Program-made: the position numbers and the translations under genes | Notes under the pieces: generated by a model | Databases searched by the model: none | Told to the model about the DNA's origin: nothing | The model's input: the letters and a program-made list of their open reading frames with translations, nothing else | Shown here: piece by piece, positions 37,306 through 45,712 of the stretch | Layout: every line of letters begins with the position of its first letter | Position numbering within the stretch: the stretch's first letter is position 1 | Virus record (IMG/VR): IMGVR_UViG_3300032770_000001 | Location: 372,001-436,000 of that record | Length of the DNA: 64,000 bases | Reading direction: 5' to 3' (one strand)

Positions 37306-37575
37306 TTACGCTACGGCGGTTTTACGGATGTGGTACATCACGAAACTCATGTCCTCGGTGCGGACATAGTTCGAGTTCTCGCGAACCCACACGATTGGAC
37401 GACCGTTCTTTCCTGCCTGCTTGCGATAGTCCTTCTCGGCATACTGCTTCGCCGTGGCGAGATCGCTGAACGGCTTGGTGAAGTTGGTTGTCGTGTACTC
37501 GGAACCCATCTGACCGCCAAGGTGCGTCAGGTTCTCGGATGTGAGTTGAAAGACCACTACTTTCTTTTTCGCCAT
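37306..37575 (-). CDS. Hypothetical protein
   Basis: Likely start MAKKKVV with GGGAG RBS. Confidence 0.55.
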   Translation of the reverse strand: MAKKKVVVFQLTSENLTHLGGQMGSEYTTTNFTKPFSDLATAKQYAEKDYRKQAGKNGRPIVWVRENSNYVRTEDMSFVMYHIRKTAVA

Positions 37576-37708
37576 AGTTATGCTCCCAAGTGAATTTTGA
37601 GATAAACGTAGAACAGCGTACCGACGATCAGATAGCTCCACATGCGAATGTTGCGCTTCTGCTTTGCGGGGCTCTCCTGCTCGATGTTTCCTTGATCCCA
37701 AGCTGCGC

Positions 37709-38410
37709 TCATTTCCATCCCCTTCCGATATCGTATTCGACTCCATCGATCCTGATGACCTTCGGCTTGCCGCCAGAAGTCACCGCCGTGCGGTCGTATT
37801 TAGGCAACAGTCCAAGCCAAACCATGGCGTAGCACCACTCCCACCAAATCTCGATCATGCCGTCCGCGCTCTCGATGACCATCATTTCATCGTTCACGAC
37901 CTGCAATTCGTTCGCGTCCGGCTTGACCCGGTCTTTCATCTTCCGAATGGCTGAACGCAGGTACGCCACATCGATGCGTTCCGAGGCGTCGATGGGAAGT
38001 TCGTCCTGTTCGCAGACATCCTCCAGAACGTCCGCCCGGTGCTCCAGTTCCTCGATGATCGTTTCGGAGACATACGCGGTCGAGAGTCGCCGTGGCTTGC
38101 GGGGACAGTCGTCCTTGTGCGCCCGGTTGAACTCGCAGATTTCAATGTTGCAGATGCACGACTCCGTCGCACTGATCTTAGGCTGAAACCAGACACCCGG
38201 CTCCGGCGTAATACCGTTCATGTCCTTACCCCAACAGCCTTCGTTGTAGTAAGTGTTGAGTTCGTGCAGGTTCATCCTGCCGCTGCTATACCCGGCTTGA
38301 TTGATGAGCTTGACCGCTTGCGTCTTGGTCTCGGCGCACACGAAGATGTGTCCGTCCAGCTTCCAGAAGTCGCCGCGACCGTTCCAGATTTTGAGCGCCC
38401 TCTTACCCAT
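37709..38410 (-). CDS. Hypothetical protein
   Basis: Likely start MGKRALKIWNGR; YYNEGCWG.DM.GITPEPGVW. Confidence 0.55.
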   Translation of the reverse strand: MGKRALKIWNGRGDFWKLDGHIFVCAETKTQAVKLINQAGYSSGRMNLHELNTYYNEGCWGKDMNGITPEPGVWFQPKISATESCICNIEICEFNRAHKDDCPRKPRRLSTAYVSETIIEELEHRADVLEDVCEQDELPIDASERIDVAYLRSAIRKMKDRVKPDANELQVVNDEMMVIESADGMIEIWWEWCYAMVWLGLLPKYDRTAVTSGGKPKVIRIDGVEYDIGRGWK

Positions 38411-38864
38411 TGAGCACCACCTTGAGTTCCGCACGCTTCGCGGCAAGCTGCTTCTCCAGCTTCTCGATATCTTCCTCGATCCGCTGCGCCTTGTTGTTGC
38501 GGTCGGCAGTCTTGCCAGCCTCCCGGAGTTCCGGGTGCTCACTCATGAACTTGTTCACTGCTGGAACCCACGCGGCGAGAACCGCCTTACGCTGCGCGTC
38601 GGTCGCGGAGTTGCCGAAGGAACCCTCTTTGTTGATGTAGAGCGAGTTCCACGTCATGCCGCTGGAGTCCTTCGAGGGCTCGAAGCCGTTGCCGTAGTCG
38701 TTGACATGGAGAGAGCCGCTGATCTGCTTGCCCCGGACGATGCACTTCTCGCCGTCCGGCGTGCTGATGTAGATGTGGTTGAAGTCGGTGATCGCGAGAA
38801 CCACCGCACCGATGGCGGTCTCAACTCGAACCTTGTCGGGATACTGCTTCCATTCTCTGCTCAT
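38403..38864 (-). CDS. Hypothetical protein with C-terminal coiled coil
   Basis: ATGA-coupled start MSREWK. Confidence 0.6.
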   Translation of the reverse strand: MSREWKQYPDKVRVETAIGAVVLAITDFNHIYISTPDGEKCIVRGKQISGSLHVNDYGNGFEPSKDSSGMTWNSLYINKEGSFGNSATDAQRKAVLAAWVPAVNKFMSEHPELREAGKTADRNNKAQRIEEDIEKLEKQLAAKRAELKVVLNG

Positions 38865-39103
38865 TTGGACTCCAGTGATTCTTCGGAGATCACGTTCTCG
38901 GCGGCGAAGCGGCAGTGCCAGCACGACATCTTGCTGCCCATTTCGTAGTGGAAAATCTGGTTGAAGGTGCCCGTGTGACCGCAGGGCGAGAAGGTGATGT
39001 AGGTGCCGTCCGTCTGCTCGTTGATCGCGACGACCTCGCGCTCCGGGCCGGACGAGTTCCTCAGGTTGACCCGCATGTTCCGGTCATAATCGATAACGAT
39101 CAT
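38861..39103 (-). CDS. Small Zn-ribbon protein, leaderless
   Basis: PCGH...CWHC; starts at promoter motif. Confidence 0.65.
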   Translation of the reverse strand: MIVIDYDRNMRVNLRNSSGPEREVVAINEQTDGTYITFSPCGHTGTFNQIFHYEMGSKMSCWHCRFAAENVISEESLESK

Positions 39104-39146
39104 GCCTATATTCTACCAGCTAAGGGTCTGAAAAAGGTAGGATTTT
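39104..39146 (-). promoter_or_regulatory. Early-type leaderless promoter
   Basis: AAAATCCTACC-N17-TGGTAGAATATAGGC-ATG. Confidence 0.75.
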
Positions 39147-39186
39147 AGAGGTATATTTGTATTATAATCAACAGTTTGGGGATGAA

Positions 39187-39281
39187 ATAAAGGCGGGGCT
39201 ATCAACCCCGCCCCCTGTTTTGCTGCATTTCACATGCAGTCCTCCGATAGCTCAAGAAAAGGGAGGCGATGAACGCCTCCC
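39187..39281 (-). terminator. Tandem terminators between the late head operon and the early island
   Basis: GGGAGGCG/CGCCTCCC plus TTTT (39257-39281) and GGCGGGG/CCCCGCC plus TTTATTT (39185-39212). Confidence 0.7.
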
Positions 39282-39308
39282 CAGTTCCTCGTACACGTGG
39301 TACGTGAA

Positions 39309-39539
39309 TTACGCGACTGGATCAGTCGGTGCGCGGCGAGCGCCTTGACGCTTCGGACGCGGACCGCCTTTGCCGAGAACGTAGTTGACAAAGGTGTTGA
39401 TGTCGAAACGCGGATTCTCCGCACTCAACGGTTGTGCAATGCGACGTGCAAATTGTTCCATCTGCTCAGGCGAGAGACCCGATTCCTTGATCGCATCTGC
39501 GATCATGATGTAGTCCTTACGGCTCAGGGCAACTTTGCT
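39309..39539 (-). CDS. RKDY..IA / NPRFD module, probably reached by +1 frameshift from 39538..40302
   Basis: Open frame reads SKVALSRKDYIMIADAIK...AENPRFDINTF and starts in the +1 frame at CTT TAG C. Confidence 0.6.
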   Translation of the reverse strand, partial: SKVALSRKDYIMIADAIKESGLSPEQMEQFARRIAQPLSAENPRFDINTFVNYVLGKGGPRPKRQGARRAPTDPVA

Positions 39540-40302
39540 AAAGACTCCCGGAGGCTGATTTCGCGCCTGCGGGGGTAACCTTTGCAGAAGATTTGTTCAC
39601 TTCACTAACACCCTCAGCACGCGGAATTTCGAGCTTACTCGGAGCCTTCGGTTGTCCGGCTGCGTCACGATCAGTGACGTATGCGTCGGAGCCAACGGCG
39701 GCTTCTTTTTCTTCAGGTTTCTCTTCCTTGTCTTCGGATTCGGACTTGTCCTCGGACTCGGATTTTTCTTCCTTCCCCTTCTCGAACGAGGGCTTTTCGT
39801 CAATCGGAGATTCCTGCGACTCTTCGCCCTTTTCCTCACCAAGCTCAAGCTCAGCCTTGCCTTCGTCAGTGAATGCTTGTTCGGCTGGGGTTGCGCCCAG
39901 ATCGACACCGAGAACCTCGGCTGCCATCTCGATAGCGGCTGCCTGCTCATCCAGTGCCTTGTAGGACTGACGGAGGGCGTCTGCCAGCATGTCCGGCTTT
40001 TCGTCGGCAGTCTGACGGAATCCCTTGGCGTAGTTACGGGCGGCGGCGACACGAACCTTTGCCGGAGCATCGGCGGCGGCACGGACGAGACCGAGATTGG
40101 TCTGGAGACCTTCCATCCAGTCAGCCTGACGTGCGGACTTCTCTACCAGAGAAGCCAGAATCTTCTCAAATTTCTGCGGGTTCTTGGCAGCGGCACGCAT
40201 CTTCTCGTACTTCGCCGCCTCTTCCGCTTTACGGGCTTCCTTACGGGCTACGATAGCCTCACGGAGCGCCTTGCGGTCGATTGCTTTCTTTTCCTTTGCC
40301 AT
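39538..40302 (-). CDS. Putative head-associated protein (K/E/A-rich, K-x-A motifs)
   Basis: GGAGG RBS and own late-type promoter motif. Confidence 0.75.
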   Translation of the reverse strand: MAKEKKAIDRKALREAIVARKEARKAEEAAKYEKMRAAAKNPQKFEKILASLVEKSARQADWMEGLQTNLGLVRAAADAPAKVRVAAARNYAKGFRQTADEKPDMLADALRQSYKALDEQAAAIEMAAEVLGVDLGATPAEQAFTDEGKAELELGEEKGEESQESPIDEKPSFEKGKEEKSESEDKSESEDKEEKPEEKEAAVGSDAYVTDRDAAGQPKAPSKLEIPRAEGVSEVNKSSAKVTPAGAKSASGSL

Positions 40303-40342
40303 GTTTCCTCCACCCTATTAAAGGGGTCAAAAAGTTCAGTTG

Positions 40343-43300
40343 TTAGGCGACTTTCAGCCCGTCGCCCTGAATACCTGCAACAATATCTTGAATATAGCGG
40401 TGCTCGACAACCACAGAGTCGCCCCAGTATGTTACCCCGCTTTCAGGGTTAGGCTCGCCGCTGCTGTAGCTTGAGTCGAGGTTTTCGATGATCCAGTCCT
40501 CAGCCGCCGCCGTCATTGGGGTCAACAGGAAGATGCCGCCCTCGTTGCGAACTTCAAAATCCGGCCCCTCGTAGGGAGCACCTTGTGGGGTGTACTGCGG
40601 CTTATCCGCCTTTTTCTTACGACCACGTGCGCCGGGGTGACCGCTTGACTTCTTGCTGCTGGTCAGCGGAAGTGCCTGCTGATTCGGATCGGGAGCAGGT
40701 GCTTCCGGTTGCTCTTCCTCGTACAGGTTGCCGCCGTACTGCATGAAAACCTCGTGCCCCTGCTTGAGTTCCTCGACCATATCTTCGATCTGGTAACGCT
40801 CGTGCCAGTACAGATTGCCGTTCGGATCAGCGAAGATTTCACCGGAGGTCAGAGCCCCGATGTCGGCGGGATTGACATTCTCCCAGCCGTTGGTGAAGAA
40901 GTCTTCCATGAGTTCCCAGATGCTCTGGTACGTCTGCGCATCTTGCGGTCCACCCTGAGCAACTTCCTGAAGCAACTGTGCAGTCGGCTTCAGTTTGATG
41001 CCGCCCTTACCGTAGAGGACATCGACGTAGGTGCCTTTGTCTTCGCCCTTGGTCGGCGTGCGTGCTTCCTGCGCATCCACTTTGTTCTGCTCGTCCTGCT
41101 GTTTCAACTCATCAAGCGTCACAGCCGTTTTCTTTGATGCGACAGCGGAGTTCGGAACGTAACCGACTTCCGGCTGTTTTGGCTTCAGACCGAGTTGGTC
41201 TGGAGTCTTCGGATTGCCACGCTGCTTCATGTTGAGAATTGCTGGATTTGCCGCTTCCTTGTCAGATGCGATCACTTCACCTTCCTCGTCATCATCATCG
41301 AACGGGACGTAGCCATCATAATCGGAACGCTCCGGATAGAATGCTGCCCATTCCGCCAATGCTTCAGCGTTGCCGCGACCGGATTCCTTGAAGCGAGCGA
41401 TCATCTCGTTCAGATACTCATAGCCATGCGTGGTCAGCGGGTTCTTTAGGAACTCACCGCAGCCTGCGCAGTTCTGCGGACTGTCGGACTCTTGATCGAA
41501 GAACGGACCTTTCGGATAGTTGTCGGAGTCATAGCTTGACTCGTCTTCCGGGTTCTCCGGGCCTTCGCCGTTCGCGTCGATTCTCTGCGCGATTTTTATA
41601 GCGCAGTCTTCGCACCACACGTCAGCGGCGTAGATGTATTCACCGTCGTTAGAACCACGGATACCACTGTCGGCACCGGGCTCGAATGCTTCTTTTTCCA
41701 TTGTGCCCTCTTTCACTTGCTCGTTCTTAAATGTCACGAAACGGTGACGCCCACCGTGCAGAGAAGTTCCGCAGCAATCGCAAGGACGTTTCGAAAACTC
41801 ATCGATGCCTTCGCCCGTCTCGCTGTCGAAGTCAGGAACCAGCCAACCCAATCTCTGGATGCCTGCCTGAATCTGCTCCATGCGCTTGTTAGCCTCTTCG
41901 CCCTGATAGTAATAATCAAGGCCGGAGTAGTCATCGTTCACTGCCGCTTGCAGACAGTCGTCGCACAACCACAAATTGTCCTGCTCAATTTCAGCGGCAG
42001 TTTTGTTTGCCTGAATGCCCATGTCTTTCAACATCTGCTTCTCTTCGTCCGTGGGGTTGTATTCCTTCTCGTGCCCGTGGAACTCTTCGATACCCGCAGG
42101 CTCTTCCAATTCTACGTCACCGGGGGTGATGTAGTCCGCGAGGCTCTGCAACTCAGCCAGTTCCGCATAGCTAATGCGCTCGGCACGAAGTTGGCTACGG
42201 AGATATTCCAGACGCTCCTGAATTTCCTCTGGCTCCAACTCGTCCTCGTCCTCATCAATCCATGCCTTCTTGCTCGATGCTTCCTTGGAGCAAGTGCCGC
42301 AGTACCACTTGTTGCCGATCTCGTGGCTGCCTTCGTCTACGTCAGATGAATCGAACACCTTACCGCAGCCAGCACATTCAACTTCGCGTGAAGAGGTCTT
42401 GTCGCTGCTTTCGACCGCATCCAGTCCCTCATCCACATGACGATCCATGCAGGATTCGTCGCCAGACTCAATCTCTTCGAGGTCGAGACCTTCGATGCTT
42501 TGCCCACCCTCGGCATCGACCACCGACCAAATCGCACCACACGGTCCGCACGTAACCCACCACTGTCCGTGCTCGAACGCAGGCACGCAACCTTCGTGAA
42601 TCTCAGTGAGAGGGTGAGACGCGATTAGACGCTCTACTTCCATCTCCATTTCCGGAGTGTTCTGCTCCGTTTTCAACGCTGCTTTCTTCATGGTGCCCTC
42701 TTCTGACGACATGTGGAATTTCTTGTTGGGAAGCTCCGGTGGGACGGTCTTCCGCTTCAGCCCTTCGTTTTCTTTCTCCTGTGGCAGCACAGCCATCGGT
42801 GCCCCCGGCTGTCCGGGGATCGGCTGCACTACCGGATTTGGTTCCGCTGTGGGTGCTTGCGGTTGCGCTGCTGGTGCCTGAACCGGAGCCGGAGCCGCCG
42901 CCACAGTCATGGAAACAACCTTCTCACCCGGCTTGAGCTTCTTGGTAACGGCTTTCTCCGCTCCCTGATAATCGTTGCCGCCTACGGTTTCTTCACGCTG
43001 ATTGCCTTTGGTGTCACGCAGGGTGACCTTCCACTTGGCTTCCTTCAACATCTTGATACCGTGATTGCGATTGACACTGTGCTCATTCGCGGTGTCTTCA
43101 GTCGTGCCCCATACCGGACAATTGCGGCACTGCCACATCTTCTCCGGAACGGTGACGCCCTTGAGAGCGTCCGGGTTGCGAGCTAACAACTTGTCCAAAC
43201 GTCCAGCCGTCTTGCTTGCACCCTTCATTTTCTTATAAGCTTCGAATTTCTGATCCTGCGGTACACCCGGCATGTGTTCTCCACCACCACGACAAGGGCG

Positions 43301-45391
43301 TAAATTGCAGGTTACACATTCCAGACAACGAGGGCAATACAGATGCGTGCGCTCTTGCTCATCATAGTCCGGTTCCTCAGGCATGTCGGCAGGCAAGAGG
43401 TTCTCCGCAAATTCTGCGGTCTTTGACGCTTGCTTGAGCTTCGAATAACGTTCCCGCATCTGTGCTAATGTCTTTTCGTCGAAACGGATGATGTCGGCAT
43501 TGCGCTTCAGACCCTCTTCAGAGCCAAATCCGCCAGTCACCAACTTCTCCTCATCGTTCACGAAATGGTAGGAACCGTCGTTGAGCTTCTCAACTTTCCA
43601 CTTGGGGTCATCGAGTTTGATGCCAACGGTCTTCGGCCCGGCGGGTTTCTTGCCGCCATGAATGTATTGCTCGTAATAAGCATCGTGCTCTTCAGCACTG
43701 ATTTTGCCAGCATAGCGCAATGCGTCAATCACGCCAGCGATGTAGTTGTAGGCGTTTGAATTCTTTGCTGAGTCATCCCAGATTTTCGTCAGGAAGGTGC
43801 CGACATCCAAACCACGGAGGCTATCCTTCAACTCGGCGACTTTAACTGCTCCGGCATGATAACTGCCTTGCGTGCGTCCATGCGGTGGACGCCCGGTGTC
43901 GCCTTCAGTGATCTGTGGCTGAATGCCATCATAGAATTGATCGCCGCCCTCAGCGCCGTCTTTCTTCTTAGGTTCGGTCTTCTTCATCAACTCCACGGTT
44001 TTGTCGAAGTTTTCGCTGTAGACCGGGCAATCGATGCGGTGCCGTCCATGATAGCCGCCGCAGCACTTTGAAGTGTCAATCGTCGGAACCGAAGTATCGG
44101 CAGCTTCTTTGCAAATGCAATTTTCCTTCACCCGGTCACACGCATCACAGTACGGCACACCAGCAGGCGGGTGAATATCCCGCTCAGTCTGAACCGCAGC
44201 CGCTTTCGGATCATTGATGCCGGGGACGATACCGTGTTCCCAATTCTTGCCACAGTCATTGCACTTGGCAGTCTCGAAGTCGGTCGGCATGAGCCCGTAG
44301 TCTGAGGAGCCGCAGTGTGGGCACTTCGGTTTAGCCGATGCCGTGGCGTGTACTTTCGCCTGCGGTTCTTTCATCTGAGTGATGAGATTGATAAGTTGGT
44401 ATCCAGTCTCTTCGCCACGAGGCAACTGTCCTTCGGTCGCAAACTCTTCAAGTAGACCGGGCAGTTCCGAGTAGTAACGCTTCAATGAGTCCTGACCGAG
44501 GTTGGTGACTTTCAGCCAGTCCTGTACCAGATCGCTCACCGTAATCTTGGCTTCCCCAGTGCTCTCCTGTGCGTGCTTCCAGAACAGTAAGAGAACGATC
44601 ATGTTGTACTTGGCAGCCGTGCGGGATACCTTGGTTGGGAGCCATGCGGCGAATCGCTTCGCTACGTTCTTGAATTCCTGCTCGGATTCAAACTCAGTGT
44701 GCGGCGATGGAGCATTCAACTGCTGACTGTCGATCAAACTATAAGTTTCGTCCTCCTCGTGCTTGCCGCCAGCAGGCTGCTCGCCGGAGACTTCCTCCGG
44801 ATGCTGCACCTGACGGATATAGCTCTTGGCACGCTCGATGCGGAAGGTAAACTGCTTCTTCAGGAATTCCGTAATCTGTTCGGCCACTGGGAGCTTCTTG
44901 ACGCCAGCGGGAAAGTTCTTGATGGCTCGCGGAAAGTCCTGCATCGCCTTGCCGTGCTGGAGCACGTAAAGGATGACGTGATAGATCGCCTCATCCTTCA
45001 GTTCGAAGTCGAGGGTTGTGGATGTGAGTGAGGGAACGAAGACTGTCTGAAACCACTTCGACCAATCCATCTTGGGATCGACCGGATATCCCGCCTGCTC
45101 AATGTAGGACTTGACGAACTTGTCGAAATCCTTGTTGTAGGCGAAGACGTAGCGGATTCGTGACGCAATACGCGCCTGACCCGGTGAGATCGGGTGGAAA
45201 TTGGCTGGGGTCTGAACAGGCTTCCCGGTGTACGGGTCGGCCAACCTGAAGGCGTAGCCGTCCGGTCCGGCGACTTTAGACACCACCCGGTAGGCGGAAC
45301 CATCGAGAGTATCGACAATTTGCCCCGGCGCGATAAGGCGGGAAAACTTGGTCAGGTTCGCCGCTGGTACTCGTACAGCGTCCTGAGGCAT
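40343..45391 (-). CDS. Very large multi-module protein (putative internal head polyprotein), possibly sigma-like N-terminal module
   Basis: About 15 small modules separated by KTA/KEA/KKA/KVA. Confidence 0.7.
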   Translation of the reverse strand: MPQDAVRVPAANLTKFSRLIAPGQIVDTLDGSAYRVVSKVAGPDGYAFRLADPYTGKPVQTPANFHPISPGQARIASRIRYVFAYNKDFDKFVKSYIEQAGYPVDPKMDWSKWFQTVFVPSLTSTTLDFELKDEAIYHVILYVLQHGKAMQDFPRAIKNFPAGVKKLPVAEQITEFLKKQFTFRIERAKSYIRQVQHPEEVSGEQPAGGKHEEDETYSLIDSQQLNAPSPHTEFESEQEFKNVAKRFAAWLPTKVSRTAAKYNMIVLLLFWKHAQESTGEAKITVSDLVQDWLKVTNLGQDSLKRYYSELPGLLEEFATEGQLPRGEETGYQLINLITQMKEPQAKVHATASAKPKCPHCGSSDYGLMPTDFETAKCNDCGKNWEHGIVPGINDPKAAAVQTERDIHPPAGVPYCDACDRVKENCICKEAADTSVPTIDTSKCCGGYHGRHRIDCPVYSENFDKTVELMKKTEPKKKDGAEGGDQFYDGIQPQITEGDTGRPPHGRTQGSYHAGAVKVAELKDSLRGLDVGTFLTKIWDDSAKNSNAYNYIAGVIDALRYAGKISAEEHDAYYEQYIHGGKKPAGPKTVGIKLDDPKWKVEKLNDGSYHFVNDEEKLVTGGFGSEEGLKRNADIIRFDEKTLAQMRERYSKLKQASKTAEFAENLLPADMPEEPDYDEQERTHLYCPRCLECVTCNLRPCRGGGEHMPGVPQDQKFEAYKKMKGASKTAGRLDKLLARNPDALKGVTVPEKMWQCRNCPVWGTTEDTANEHSVNRNHGIKMLKEAKWKVTLRDTKGNQREETVGGNDYQGAEKAVTKKLKPGEKVVSMTVAAAPAPVQAPAAQPQAPTAEPNPVVQPIPGQPGAPMAVLPQEKENEGLKRKTVPPELPNKKFHMSSEEGTMKKAALKTEQNTPEMEMEVERLIASHPLTEIHEGCVPAFEHGQWWVTCGPCGAIWSVVDAEGGQSIEGLDLEEIESGDESCMDRHVDEGLDAVESSDKTSSREVECAGCGKVFDSSDVDEGSHEIGNKWYCGTCSKEASSKKAWIDEDEDELEPEEIQERLEYLRSQLRAERISYAELAELQSLADYITPGDVELEEPAGIEEFHGHEKEYNPTDEEKQMLKDMGIQANKTAAEIEQDNLWLCDDCLQAAVNDDYSGLDYYYQGEEANKRMEQIQAGIQRLGWLVPDFDSETGEGIDEFSKRPCDCCGTSLHGGRHRFVTFKNEQVKEGTMEKEAFEPGADSGIRGSNDGEYIYAADVWCEDCAIKIAQRIDANGEGPENPEDESSYDSDNYPKGPFFDQESDSPQNCAGCGEFLKNPLTTHGYEYLNEMIARFKESGRGNAEALAEWAAFYPERSDYDGYVPFDDDDEEGEVIASDKEAANPAILNMKQRGNPKTPDQLGLKPKQPEVGYVPNSAVASKKTAVTLDELKQQDEQNKVDAQEARTPTKGEDKGTYVDVLYGKGGIKLKPTAQLLQEVAQGGPQDAQTYQSIWELMEDFFTNGWENVNPADIGALTSGEIFADPNGNLYWHERYQIEDMVEELKQGHEVFMQYGGNLYEEEQPEAPAPDPNQQALPLTSSKKSSGHPGARGRKKKADKPQYTPQGAPYEGPDFEVRNEGGIFLLTPMTAAAEDWIIENLDSSYSSGEPNPESGVTYWGDSVVVEHRYIQDIVAGIQGDGLKVA

Positions 45392-45403
45392 GTTCTTCCG
45401 TCC

Positions 45404-45634
45404 TTAGTCGATGTGGATGTCGTTCGGGTCGCCTTCGGTCTTCTCGTCTTCCTTCATGATCTGCTCAAGGGTCTTGAGGTACTCTTCGTGATCCTCAAAA
45501 GCCTGCGGGTCATGCGGAGCGCCCTTTTCGTCCTTGATCGTGGACTGAGCTTTCTTCAGTCCAAGGCGGTCAAGCTCGCCTGCGTACAGGCGGTTCATTG
45601 CGGATGACTCTGCTGCTGCGAATTTCTTTGCCAT
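45404..45634 (-). CDS. Small acidic protein with K-x-A motifs
   Basis: AGGAG RBS; KKFA and LKKA. Confidence 0.65.
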   Translation of the reverse strand: MAKKFAAAESSAMNRLYAGELDRLGLKKAQSTIKDEKGAPHDPQAFEDHEEYLKTLEQIMKEDEKTEGDPNDIHID

Positions 45635-45712
45635 TTGTTATCTCCTAGCTAGGGAAAGCGGAAAACCGCTCTATACTTGAATACCGTAGTAAGGATTTGT
45701 GTTCACAACCGT

